Positions 1 to 10,200 of a DNA stretch of 49,022 nucleotides are shown here, in pieces. Within the stretch, counting starts at the first letter, position 1, and each line of letters starts with the position of its first letter. Location of the stretch: positions 1 to 49,022 of the forward strand of contig CAZAZH010000003.1 in assembly GCA_964489585.1 (NCBI GenBank), written 5' to 3'. The notes beneath the pieces are model-generated. The model was not told the DNA's origin, searched no databases, and saw nothing but the letters and a program-made list of their open reading frames with translations. Made by a program: the position numbers and the translations under genes. The DNA comes from an uncultured Syntrophomonas sp. GTDB taxonomy: Bacteria; Bacillota; Syntrophomonadia; Syntrophomonadales; Syntrophomonadaceae.

Positions 1-2
1 AT

Positions 3-869
3 GCTGCCGGTGCTGTAACAGGCAAAACCAATATCGGTGGACTGGTGGGACAAAATACTAACGATGGTACTGTCACTAAAAGTTATTGGGACATCACTAC
101 ATCAGGGACAGAATCCTCTGCCGGCGGAGAAGGCAAGACCGCAGCGGATATGAAAGATAAGATAACATTTGAAGATGCAGGTTGGAATTTTACAGATACT
201 TGGGCTATTGACGCCAGCATAAACGACGGTTATCCTTTCTTGGGAAATAATCTTCTTGTTAAGAAAACCCTGGTCAGTATTACCGCACCTTCTGCCATCA
301 TCGACGTAGCCAATGCCACCGCCAAGACAGCGGCAGCCCTGGGACTGCCTGCCAAAGTAACCCTGATTACGGATCAGGGAAATGTGCAGGCCGATGTAAC
401 CTGGGATGTAGAAACCTGCTCCTATGACCCGGCTGTAACTACCGAGCAGAGCTTCACCGTAGATGGAACCGTAACTCTTCCAACCGGGGTAGTTAACCCC
501 AATTATGTAGACCTGAACACCAGTGTTAACGTAACCGTGGCAGTAGCAGATGAATGCTTCATTGCCACAGCTGCATTCGGCTCGAAGTTTAGCTGGCCGG
601 TAGAAATATTAAGGCATTTTAGAGACCAGTATCTCCTGAGCAATGCTGCAGGAACAGCCTTTGTCAAATTCTATTACCAGAATTCACCGCCTATTGCTGC
701 CGTTATTAGCAACAATCCGACACTGAAAACTATGGTACGGGTACTTCTGGCACCATTAGTTGCAAGTGTATTCCTGCTATATCATCCGGCTATACTGCTG
801 CTAATGATGATTCTAGCAATTGTTCTAATAACACTTCGGATTATGCGCAGACGTTATTTACTGGGCTAA
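3..869 (+). CDS. Cell-surface repeat protein, C-terminal portion (5' end lies left of the window)
   Basis: Frame 3 is open from nt 3 (AAGAVTGKTNIGGLVGQN...), so the track's M at 45 is an internal GTG. The GGLVG-N..G.V..SYW motif is GLUG-like. The protein ends with CFIATAAFGS-x12-LRHFRDQYLL, then a hydrophobic helix and an RRRY tail. A hairpin terminator follows. Confidence 0.7.
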   Translation, partial: AAGAVTGKTNIGGLVGQNTNDGTVTKSYWDITTSGTESSAGGEGKTAADMKDKITFEDAGWNFTDTWAIDASINDGYPFLGNNLLVKKTLVSITAPSAIIDVANATAKTAAALGLPAKVTLITDQGNVQADVTWDVETCSYDPAVTTEQSFTVDGTVTLPTGVVNPNYVDLNTSVNVTVAVADECFIATAAFGSKFSWPVEILRHFRDQYLLSNAAGTAFVKFYYQNSPPIAAVISNNPTLKTMVRVLLAPLVASVFLLYHPAILLLMMILAIVLITLRIMRRRYLLG

Positions 870-884
870 TAGTATTGCAATATA

Positions 885-918
885 GGGGGGATGGGATCAC
901 ATCTCCCCTCTTTCTTTG
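885..918 (+). terminator. Rho-independent terminator of the surface-protein gene
   Basis: GGGGGGATG (885-893) pairs with CATCTCCCC (900-908), 9 bp including one G-U, loop GGATCA, followed by TCTTTCTTTG. Confidence 0.6.
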
Positions 919-1068
919 TATAAATAGGCTTAATTTGATCAAATCTATATTCACCGCCAAAGACAATAAACCACAAGGTCACATACCTTGCGGTTTATTA
1001 TTTACCGGTATTTTTTCAATTGATGGTAAAAAGCCTCATCCAATAACAATTGAGATACTTGCAACAAA

Positions 1069-3111
1069 CTATTTTTCTTCTTTTTCCTGTCTGGCCTTTT
1101 CAATAATCTTTTCGGCAATCTGCCCCGGTACTTCCTCGTAATGGGAGAATTCCATTCTAAACTTGCCCCGTCCCTGGGTCATAGACTTAAGGTCAATAGT
1201 ATAACGTGCCATTTCTGCCTGCGGAGCCTGGGCTTTAATTACCTGTTTCTTGCCTGCTGGTTCCATGCCCATTACTCTACCCCGTTTACTGTTCATATCA
1301 CCGATGATATCACCCATATAGGTCTCAGGCACCTCAATCTCTACATTAACAATGGGTTCCAGTAAGACTGGTTTGGCAGATTCTAAACCTTTTCTATAGG
1401 CGAGGCGGGCTGCCATTTTAAAAGCCATTTCTGAAGAGTCTACCGAATGATATGAGCCATCGTAAAGAGTAGCTTTTAAATTAGTTACCGGGTAACCGGC
1501 CAGGACACCTTCCTCCATGGCTTCTATCAGGCCTTTTTCTACCGCTGGGAAGTAGTTACGAGGTACGGAACCGCCGAATACGTTTTCTTCAAATACGAAG
1601 TCCCCTTCTTCAGTCGGTTCAAACTTTATCCAAACATGGCCGTATTGACCATGACCACCGGTCTGTTTCTTATGTTTACCTTCAGCTTCAACCGTACCAC
1701 GTATAGTCTCCCGGTATGGTATCCGCATTTCCCTGCTGACCACATCTACCCCAAATTTCCGGGATAGTTTTTCTAATACTATATCTATGTGGGTATCACC
1801 CATAGATTTCATTATGGTCTGTCTGGTTTCGGTATTCTTTTCTACCCGGATGGTGGGATCCTCTTCCAGCAAACGCTGTATGGCTCCGCTTAGTTTATCC
1901 TCATCGCCCTTACTCTTTGGTTCAATAGCCATACTAAGAGTAGGCTCAGGGAACTCTATAGGTTCGATAACTACTGGATTGGCTTTAACGGTGAGGCTAT
2001 CTCCGGTACCAGTTACTGACAGCTTGGCTACTGCCGCAATATCGCCAGCAAACAACTCTGGTACGGTAGCCTGCTCCTTGCCGGTCATGATTAATATCTG
2101 GGCAATTTTTTCCTCTTTTTCTTTATTGGCATTATATACTACACTGTCTGCTTTCATCTTACCGGTAAAGACGCGGAACATATTAAGCCTACCAATGTAA
2201 GGGTCGGCTATGGTCTTGAAGACCTGGGCCGCCAGGGGATCATTTTCAAGGTCTTTTCCTTCTACTATGGGGTTAGTATCTGGAGTAGCACTGCAGTCAA
2301 CGATAAAATCCATTAACGGCTTAATAGCTATATTATTAAGGGCAGAACCACAGAATACAAAAACGGCTGAGCCATTGGTAGCTGCTTCCTTAATACCTTC
2401 CAGTATTTCGGTATCACTGAGCTCTTCACCCTCCAGATATTTGGTAAGCAGGTCATCATTAGCCTCTGCCGCAGCTTCGATTAAAGCCTCTTTGTAGGTT
2501 TCCACATCGTCCATCATGCCGGCGGGGATATCAGTTTCACTGATCTTGCCGGTACCGGGCTCAAATAAGAGGGCTTTCATTTTAACCAGGTCAACTACAC
2601 CTTTAAAATTTTCCTCTGCTCCAATAGGTAGCTGTACGGGAACTATATTATCGGAAAAGCTTTCTTTCATCTCATTTAGGGCTTTATAAAAGTCAGCATT
2701 TTCTCGGTCCAATTTATTGATAAATGCTATTTTGGGAACATCGGCAAAGTCTTCCCAGATTACTTCGGTCTGAACTTCGACTCCGGCATTGGCAGAAAGA
2801 ACCATTACTATAGAGTCTACCACCCGCATAGCCCCAGTTACTTCAAAATAGAAATCGGCATAACCAGGAGTATCAAGAACATTTATTTTATGGTCTCTGT
2901 ATTCACAGGGGACCAACGTTGTACTAATTGTAATTTTTCTCTTGACCTCTTCAGGAAGATAATCTGCTACTGAGTTACCGTCATCAACCTTCCCCATTCT
3001 TTTGATAGCCCCTGTATTGAATAGCATTGCTTCTACCAGGGAGGTTTTTCCGGTACCTCCATGGCCAACCAGAGCTATATTGCGAACTTTACTAGTTGGG
3101 TAAACCTTCAT
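1069..3111 (-). CDS. Elongation factor G paralog (EF-G-like translational GTPase)
   Basis: 680 aa with G1 VGHGGTGKTS, G3 DTPGYADF and G4 NKLD, and full-length EF-G domain order. It is stand-alone, not in an rpsL-rpsG-fusA-tuf context, and its G motifs differ from canonical AHVDAGKTT/DTPGHVDF. Confidence 0.88.
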   Translation of the reverse strand: MKVYPTSKVRNIALVGHGGTGKTSLVEAMLFNTGAIKRMGKVDDGNSVADYLPEEVKRKITISTTLVPCEYRDHKINVLDTPGYADFYFEVTGAMRVVDSIVMVLSANAGVEVQTEVIWEDFADVPKIAFINKLDRENADFYKALNEMKESFSDNIVPVQLPIGAEENFKGVVDLVKMKALLFEPGTGKISETDIPAGMMDDVETYKEALIEAAAEANDDLLTKYLEGEELSDTEILEGIKEAATNGSAVFVFCGSALNNIAIKPLMDFIVDCSATPDTNPIVEGKDLENDPLAAQVFKTIADPYIGRLNMFRVFTGKMKADSVVYNANKEKEEKIAQILIMTGKEQATVPELFAGDIAAVAKLSVTGTGDSLTVKANPVVIEPIEFPEPTLSMAIEPKSKGDEDKLSGAIQRLLEEDPTIRVEKNTETRQTIMKSMGDTHIDIVLEKLSRKFGVDVVSREMRIPYRETIRGTVEAEGKHKKQTGGHGQYGHVWIKFEPTEEGDFVFEENVFGGSVPRNYFPAVEKGLIEAMEEGVLAGYPVTNLKATLYDGSYHSVDSSEMAFKMAARLAYRKGLESAKPVLLEPIVNVEIEVPETYMGDIIGDMNSKRGRVMGMEPAGKKQVIKAQAPQAEMARYTIDLKSMTQGRGKFRMEFSHYEEVPGQIAEKIIEKARQEKEEK

Positions 3112-3192
3112 CCAATAACCTCCTCGTAAATCTACATAACTGTAAAAATGGTACTATACTTTGTATAAAGTAGCAAAATATTTTCTTAATTT

Positions 3193-3450
3193 TTATTTCC
3201 GATTGAGAACATAAAAAATCCAGTAAAGAAAGAGTGCGGCTAATCCAAAAATCAGTATCTGATATATAAAAATACCCTTAAACATGTCTACAATCAGGGT
3301 AAAAACTATACCCAGTGCCAGCGGAAACAGCACCAATTTGCTAAAAGGCTTATCCGGATAAGCGGGATCTCGTCTCTTTTGCCGCAAATAGGAAATATTT
3401 AATACTACAAAAAATAACAGGGTGTTTAATAGCAGGCTAAAAAATATCAT
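3193..3450 (-). CDS. Small integral membrane protein (3 predicted TM segments)
   Basis: 85-aa hydrophobic ORF whose ATG overlaps the surE stop (ATGA overlap), suggesting translational coupling. Confidence 0.55.
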   Translation of the reverse strand: MIFFSLLLNTLLFFVVLNISYLRQKRRDPAYPDKPFSKLVLFPLALGIVFTLIVDMFKGIFIYQILIFGLAALFLYWIFYVLNRK

Positions 3451-4229
3451 TCTGTATCTCCTGATACACTTAGGTAAATAGAAAAAGATTTGCGGTACTC
3501 CTCAATTAGCTGGTAATCAGTCAAATCCAGGTGAATGGGGGTTATGCTAATATATCCATCCTGGGTAGCAAGTACATCACTTTCAGCCTCCTGTTCCTCT
3601 TTGACTACTCCTCCTCCCAGCCAATAATAAGTATTACCACGGGGGTCCTGTCTCTCTTCAAAGAGGTTATCATAATTTCGTACCCCGAGTTTAGTTATTT
3701 TAATACCTTTAATGTTTTTCTCATCCAGCGGCGGTATATTAACATTTATCAAGGTCTTTTTTTCTATTCCCCTTTTCATAGCTACCCGCACTACGTTACG
3801 GGTGAATTTAGCCGCAAAATCAAATTCCATATCCTGATCATAGGAATCAAGTGACACTGCTATAGAAGGTACCCCCATTATTACACCCTCAGCAGCAGCG
3901 GAAACTGTTCCTGAGTAGAGAACATCGGTACCCAGGTTAGGTCCATGATTAATTCCTGATACTACATAATCTACGTTATCAACTAACCGGCTAAGCCCCA
4001 GTTTAACACAATCAACCGGAGTTCCTCCTACAATCCAGGCTGCTTTAGCCTCAGGCATACTTGTCTTTATTACCCGGATAGGCTCAAAAACGGTGATGGA
4101 ATGACCGGTTCCGCTTCTTTCCCGGTCCGGAGCTACTACGTATAGATCGGCAATGGAACTTAATTCCCGCGCCAGGCTATGCAGTCCCCGGGCATAAATT
4201 CCGTCATCGTTGGTAAGCAGGATCCTCAT
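3447..4229 (-). CDS. surE: 5'/3'-nucleotidase SurE
   Basis: MRILLTNDDGI N-terminus, GINHGPNLG and YSGTVSAA motifs, about 260 aa. Confidence 0.92.
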   Translation of the reverse strand: MRILLTNDDGIYARGLHSLARELSSIADLYVVAPDRERSGTGHSITVFEPIRVIKTSMPEAKAAWIVGGTPVDCVKLGLSRLVDNVDYVVSGINHGPNLGTDVLYSGTVSAAAEGVIMGVPSIAVSLDSYDQDMEFDFAAKFTRNVVRVAMKRGIEKKTLINVNIPPLDEKNIKGIKITKLGVRNYDNLFEERQDPRGNTYYWLGGGVVKEEQEAESDVLATQDGYISITPIHLDLTDYQLIEEYRKSFSIYLSVSGDTE

Positions 4230-4783
4230 TCAAAAGAAACCTCCCGCTGTAGTAATTTAATATGATTATAGGGCCAATAGGTAAGAAAGGCTTTGCCCTT
4301 TAATCGGTCTTGAGTTAGCCAGGCATTCCAGTAATGGCTATCAAAGCTATGGTTACGGTTATCACCCAGTACCAGCAAGCACCCTTCAGGTACTTCTACC
4401 GGGCCATATTCATAATCAAGGGCTTCCGCCAGATATGGTTCCTTTAAGGGGCGGTCATTTATGTAGACTTTACCGTTTTTCATCTCTACTACATCACCTG
4501 GCAGACCAATAACCCGCTTAATATAGTCCTGATTAGTGTTGAGGGCTTCAGGGGGGTCAAAAACCACTATATCTCCCCGTTCCACATCTTTAAAACGATA
4601 AATAAATTTACTGACCATAACCCGGTCTTTCAACTGAATAGTAGGTAGCATTGACCCGGTAGGAATGATTCTACCCTCAATAACAAAGGTTCTTAAAATC
4701 ATGGCCAATATAAAGGCTATAACTATTATACTTATTATTTCTTTTAGGAACTCTCTTATCTCCCTGCTCATGAAACCCTCCAT
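4226..4783 (-). CDS. lepB: Signal peptidase I
   Basis: N-terminal TM helix, catalytic SMLPT box, KRVIGLPGD and GDNRNHSFDS boxes. Overlaps the surE start by 4 nt. Confidence 0.9.
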   Translation of the reverse strand: MEGFMSREIREFLKEIISIIVIAFILAMILRTFVIEGRIIPTGSMLPTIQLKDRVMVSKFIYRFKDVERGDIVVFDPPEALNTNQDYIKRVIGLPGDVVEMKNGKVYINDRPLKEPYLAEALDYEYGPVEVPEGCLLVLGDNRNHSFDSHYWNAWLTQDRLKGKAFLTYWPYNHIKLLQREVSFE

Positions 4784-4962
4784 TAAACCTCATAAATGTT
4801 AATTATCATTTCGTCTTTTTCCTTATCCTTACTCAAACCAAACATTATCTTTTTTTCTTTCAGGCTTTTGTTTAAAAAATCAATAACATAAATTAGCTCC
4901 GGATTACTGGGAAAGCTTCTAAAAGCAATAAGTTCCAACTTGCCCTTATCATCGCTCACCAT
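4783..4962 (-). CDS. Hypothetical small protein (59 aa)
   Basis: I trimmed the track ORF (4783..5067) to the ATG at 4962. That ATG is preceded by GGAAAGGAGAAACACT; the longer form has no RBS and overlaps the upstream gene. The stop abuts the lepB start. Confidence 0.5.
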   Translation of the reverse strand: MVSDDKGKLELIAFRSFPSNPELIYVIDFLNKSLKEKKIMFGLSKDKEKDEMIINIYEV

Positions 4963-5035
4963 AGTGTTTCTCCTTTCCCTGTAATATTTTAGTTTATGCT
5001 TTGTTATATTACAAGTCGAGCCAGTTAAATCTCTA

Positions 5036-5632
5036 CTATACCGAACCCCTGGGGCTATGTCCGGCAATTATTCCCCGTACCCGGCAACGGGCATCATAAA
5101 TCTGTTCCAGTTCTACCTGGTAACGTAACATCACATTTTCGGCAAAAGACTGAATATCATTTACACCTAATTCCGCCAGACCGGCAGTTTTTACTGGTGT
5201 ACCGGCAGTTTCTATGTTTATACCGGTATGCACCAGGGTTGATACGTTAGAACCGGAAGCAACTGATACGGTTAGCTTGCGGTTATTGGCATACAAAGCT
5301 TCCACCCGGCGTACTACCGGAATGCCAAGCTGCTCCAATTCATCCTTTATGCCTATTAAAAATAGGCGCTGCCGGTAAAGAGCCAGGTTAAGATCATTAT
5401 CAAAATGCTCAATTATAAAGTTTAGCATAAGTGGTGAGTATATATAGGCCTTATCCAAAATATCGGTTTGATCCAGCATAAATGATTGCGGTACATTAGT
5501 TTCGCCACAAAAAGCAATTACTGCATCTCCTAGTATATCGAAATTACGGTAAATCCAATGGGGTTCTAACTCCTTCCCCGAATAGTTTATTCGTTTGTTA
5601 ATATATAAAGTTTTTACCAATTGTTTTCCCAC
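5036..5632 (-). CDS. DUF366-family protein
   Basis: About 195 aa with ...GDAVIAF.G...MLDQTDILD...SPLMLNFIIEHFD...RQRL..., which matches my recollection of DUF366 (PF04017). A TTG at 5620 with the AGGTGGG RBS is an alternative start. Confidence 0.65.
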   Translation of the reverse strand: MGKQLVKTLYINKRINYSGKELEPHWIYRNFDILGDAVIAFCGETNVPQSFMLDQTDILDKAYIYSPLMLNFIIEHFDNDLNLALYRQRLFLIGIKDELEQLGIPVVRRVEALYANNRKLTVSVASGSNVSTLVHTGINIETAGTPVKTAGLAELGVNDIQSFAENVMLRYQVELEQIYDARCRVRGIIAGHSPRGSV

Positions 5633-6002
5633 CTTTCCATACTATTCACGTTTTTCGCCAGCAATATTAGCACGTCAATATAAATTTTACCATCAAATGA
5701 ACAATTTTAGAATTAGTGCCAGGTAATAATCATTATTTACAAATATAAGCGCAAAGAATACCTTCGCAATCTATAGAGGCTAAGCCGTGCGTTCGCCTGA
5801 AGTCAGAATATTTATAAGTGGCAGGGTTAAACCCCTTGGGTTCGGTCATCATCGGGCAGTCTGGCACTCAGCCCACACTTGATTAATAACAGTGCTCATT
5901 ATTAATCACTTACTGCTTAAGCCTAACCTACCTTTAAAGTATATTCCAAAAAAATAAAGGATTTTGGAATATTTTATGAGAAATAGGTTGTGAGGTGATT
6001 TA

Positions 6003-7040
6003 ATGACTACTACTAATCCTTTTTTTAATAAAAAATTTGAGTGCCCGGTTTGTAAAACTAGTTTTACATCTCTTGCTGTCCGCAGTTCAAAGGTTTACGT
6101 TCAAAGTAAGGAGGCTGACTTCCACGTTATTTATCGGGGAGTAAGCCCTTTGCACTATTCTATGATAGTATGCCCAGCTTGCTATTACGCTGCTTCTGCT
6201 AACAGCTTCTCCAAGGAAATAAACCCGCTACTCCTAGAAAAGCTGATTCCGGCGCTATACCAATTAAGGCCGACAACAGCTATTGAATATAACCGGGAAA
6301 GAGATCTGGAGAAAGCCCTGGGTTCTTTTAAGCTGGCTATTCGCTCAGCCCAGTTAAAACAGGTACGCGCAGGTGAACTAGCGGGACTGTTTATGGGAAC
6401 TGCCTGGGTAGCGCGAGAAGCGGGCAATATTGAGCTGGAAAACATATATCTAAAGGAAGCCCTGACCCAATACCTGGAGGCTCATAACAAGGATTTTCAA
6501 TCCATTGGTAACATGAGTGATATCCAGGCAATATATCTAATTGGCGAGTTGTACCACCGCAATGGAGAGTGCAAAGAAGCTATTAACTGGTTCAATAAGG
6601 TAATTGTACATAAGCATATTAAGCAAAATCCACAAATAGAAAAGCTTGCTCGGGAGCAGTGGGCCCTCGCCCGGGAAGAAGCCGTATTGCAACCGGATTC
6701 TGAGGGCAAAACTGTTCAACCAGCTATTCAACTGGTAGACCAATCGGAAAACAATGCCCCTGCTGCACCGGCTAATAACGTCAGTAAAACTGGCCCCCCC
6801 CAGCGGAGACCTAGTATGCAGATGCCGGCTAATCTATATGCTGACCAGATTGATTGGCTCACCCGTATTGTTAACAACGGCTATAATAACACCAAAACCC
6901 TGGTCAGCAAGGAACAGATTCTCCGTGCCCTGCTAGACGCAGTTATTAAAAAGCTAGAAGATAATTTACCCCAGGAATTCAGCAGCGAAGAAGAACTGAA
7001 GGCTCTTTTTGGTGAGTTATTGACCGGAAATAGACACTGA
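6003..7040 (+). CDS. DUF2225-domain protein (N-terminal zinc ribbon plus helical/TPR-like region)
   Basis: CPVC-x41-CPAC zinc-ribbon pair at the N-terminus followed by a helical repeat region. RBS GAGGTG lies 5 nt upstream of the ATG. Confidence 0.72.
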   Translation: MTTTNPFFNKKFECPVCKTSFTSLAVRSSKVYVQSKEADFHVIYRGVSPLHYSMIVCPACYYAASANSFSKEINPLLLEKLIPALYQLRPTTAIEYNRERDLEKALGSFKLAIRSAQLKQVRAGELAGLFMGTAWVAREAGNIELENIYLKEALTQYLEAHNKDFQSIGNMSDIQAIYLIGELYHRNGECKEAINWFNKVIVHKHIKQNPQIEKLAREQWALAREEAVLQPDSEGKTVQPAIQLVDQSENNAPAAPANNVSKTGPPQRRPSMQMPANLYADQIDWLTRIVNNGYNNTKTLVSKEQILRALLDAVIKKLEDNLPQEFSSEEELKALFGELLTGNRH

Positions 7041-7243
7041 AGGACACTGATTTTTATGATTGACACCGAAATTTTTTAATATAATCATAGGATATCAATG
7101 TCCTCCGCCGTAATCCGAAGGGAGCATCTGTGTGCACTACAGGTATGCTCTTCATTGTAATCAGTGTATTCGGGGTCTATAAAAATCCACATAAAGCCTT
7201 ATTAATCCGTACGATCCACGTGAAATAAAATTCTATTCTCTTA

Positions 7244-10200
7244 CTATATCTCCACCGGCACGGCCTCATCGATACCGAAGAAATAGAGGTAGCTTTCCTT
7301 GACCTTTTTGCCCAGAATAGTCTGCAGGGCTTCTTTGTATAATTTTAACTGGAGCTGGTAAAAACTTATTAGCTCTTTCCGATTTTCTTCAGTTACATAA
7401 TCAGTTTTAAAATCTACCAGTACAATATCATCCCCTTCATGGAAAAAGATATCAATAACCCCCTGAACCAGCATCTGTTCATCGGGAGCAGTTGAATCAT
7501 CCATTATTTCCCCAACGTAACGCAACTGATTGAAAGGTACTTCCCTTTCCACTTCGCGGGCTTTAAGTATCCTCTGCCCCAGAGATGAATTGAAGAAACG
7601 ATAAATTTTATTGGTATTTATGGTTCCGGCTTCGTCTTCCAGTAGCAGATCCTGATTTACCATCATTTCTACCTGCTGACGAATAGCCTTTTGATTCTGA
7701 ACCTGGTTAAAATCAAGGTGTTGCATGACAAAATGCATTATACTACCTTTCTGGGCTGGGGTTAAATCTTTCACTCCTTCTACAAAACGGGGGCGGGTAA
7801 GCTGGGCAGACATTTCTATATCCATTAATGCAGAGTCCACCAGTCCTTTTTGAATTTGGGAAACGGAAACCTTGGAGGGAATCCTTTCCGCCTGCTCAAA
7901 TGGGTAGTGCCAGTCCAGGCGTTGGGCTATCAGTTCAGAATCAATACTGGCCTCATGTTGTTCTACCTGTTCATAAAAAGCAGTAAGCAGTTTAGCCATT
8001 TTTGTATCACTAATACTAATATCACTGCGTTTAAAGATTTCCAACTGCCATCGGGAGGGATCATTTTGCAATTCCCTCTCAGTCCAGGAGCCTTCAGATA
8101 GTTCGCGTAAGAGGGCCCCATCAGGGTGGCGCATTAGAACCGGGCCAATCCAATCGAGATGGTTTTTGCCCCGGGCTAGATTGAATGGGGTGGGCATAGT
8201 GCTCCATTTCCGGGCACTGTTTTCGATATTTCTAACTGAGCCTATCAATATTAATTTATGCTGAGGTCTGGTACATCCCACATAAAGTATGCGCATTTCC
8301 TCCGATAAGTTCTCCAGGCGGATTTTATTCTTAATGCTGATACGGGCAATAGTTTCATTATAATTACGCAGGTCGGGGTTGACATACCTGGGACCAATCC
8401 CGAGATCTTTATGAAACAATATCTGCTCTCTGCTGTCACTAAAGTTAAATTGCTTACCTAGACCAGTTAGAATTACCACTGGAAACTCTAATCCTTTACT
8501 ACGATGAATACTCATAATCCGAACCAGGTTTTCGTTCTCACCCAGAATTCGGGCTACTCCCATATCTCCGCTACGAGCCTGAATCTTATCCACATATTTT
8601 ATAAAATTAAACAAACCCTTGATAGATGTATGCTGAAATTGGCGTGCTCGGTCCAGCAAGGCCTTCAAATTAGCCTGGCGCTGCCGTCCCCCCGGCATAG
8701 CTCCAGCATAGTGAAAATAACCGGTTTCCTGGAGCAATTTCCATATGAATTCGTCCATAGGGAGATAGCGAGCTTCCTTCTTCCACCGGGTTAAATCCTC
8801 TATAAATTTTTGTAATTTAACCTTAAGAGCATTATCATGTTCGGCCAGGTAAGCTTCCATAGCTTCATAATAGCTTTTGGCCTGACTCTGTACCCTTATC
8901 TCAATCAGTTCGTCCAGGGTAAACCCGGCAATGGGAGAACGCATAACGCTTAACAAGGGAATATCCTGGCGGCGGTTATCAATTAGGCGAAGAAGATTCA
9001 ACACCAGGGTGATTTCACTGGATTCAAAATAGCCACCAGTAAGGTCCGCATAAACAGGTATACCTTCGGTAGCAAAAACGTCCCAAAAGGCGGTTATAGA
9101 GTTGCGGGTAGTGCGCATTAAGACTACCATATCCCGGTACTCCAGGGGTCGATAGTTTTTACTTTTATGATCGTAAATTGGCTGGCCCAGTAATTCCTTG
9201 ATTTTGCGTGCTGCCAATCGAGCTTCTATCTCGGCATCCCCTGCCTGAGCCAACTCATCCTCTTCATCATTTTCTCGATTTTTATCAATCAGGCAGACCT
9301 CAATGGGCCAATCTTCGGTATCGGTTTTCTCCAGTCCAGGATAAAGGGCAGCCTGGCTATCATAGGTGATTTCCCCCAGATAAGGAGACATTATGTGGCT
9401 AAAAATATAATTAGCCCCATTAAGGATTTCCTCGCGGCTACGAAAATTAATACTCAAATCAATACGCTGATTGAGTTTCACCTCAGGATGCTTAAACTCT
9501 TCCATTTTATTAATAAATAAAGTCGGATCAGCCAAACGGAAACGATAAATGCTTTGCTTAATGTCACCTACCAGGAAAACATTGTTATATCGTTTAATGC
9601 AATTGATAAGGGTTTCTTGAACCTCATTACTGTCCTGGTACTCATCAACAAAAATATATTGGTATTTTTCCCGGTACTCATCGGCAACCTCCGGATTGGA
9701 TAGTATGGTCAGGGCATAATGTTCCAGATCGTTAAAATCCAGAATACCTTTTTCCGCTTTATGTTTCTGGTATTCATTGCTAAAGTCCATTACCAGTCGG
9801 CAGAATTCCGCCATTAGAGGGTATAGCTCTTTAAGGTCCTGAAAAAGTTTGGCAGGTTCCTTAAATAGAAAGTCGTTGCCTATTCCTCCGATTAGATTCT
9901 TACCCTCATTCCGCAGACTTTGGGCCTGCTCTTTCAGATTACTAACCACGTCCTTCCCTACCCGGGGCAGGCGGGTATGATTGATATTACCAAGGCTAGC
10001 ACCCAGGTCAAAAATGTTATCCCTCCCCAGGATTTGGAGTAGCTCCTCCACTATTTCTATATCATGCTCTAGAGCGTCAACATATACTGCCGGTCCACCG
10101 GGGCGATAACAGACTTTTATGGCCTCCTGAAAAAGGTCTTTTGCTGCCTGCAACTGAATAGTAACCTGCTCCATTATACTCCTGACCCATACGCAGTTAG

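Noticed and set aside
875-2497. Plus-strand ORFs 875..1141, 1141..1365, 1787..2200 and 2210..2497. The same applies to the many 60-140-aa ORFs antisense to addA, addB, iorA, hisC, dnaD-like and other genes.
   Set aside because: All are embedded antisense in long, motif-supported genes, and they lack RBSs and recognisable motifs.
5733-5852. A 39-aa Cys-rich ORF on the minus strand (MMTEPKGF...IDCEGILCAYICK) as a possible RiPP precursor.
   Set aside because: There is no Shine-Dalgarno sequence and no neighbouring maturase (radical SAM, cyclase or protease), and the ORF lies in a probable promoter/leader region.
5861-5876. TGGCAC strings as sigma-54 promoters, here and around 46812-46829 on the minus strand.
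   Set aside because: The required TTGC(A/T) element 5 nt downstream of TGGCAC is missing in both cases.
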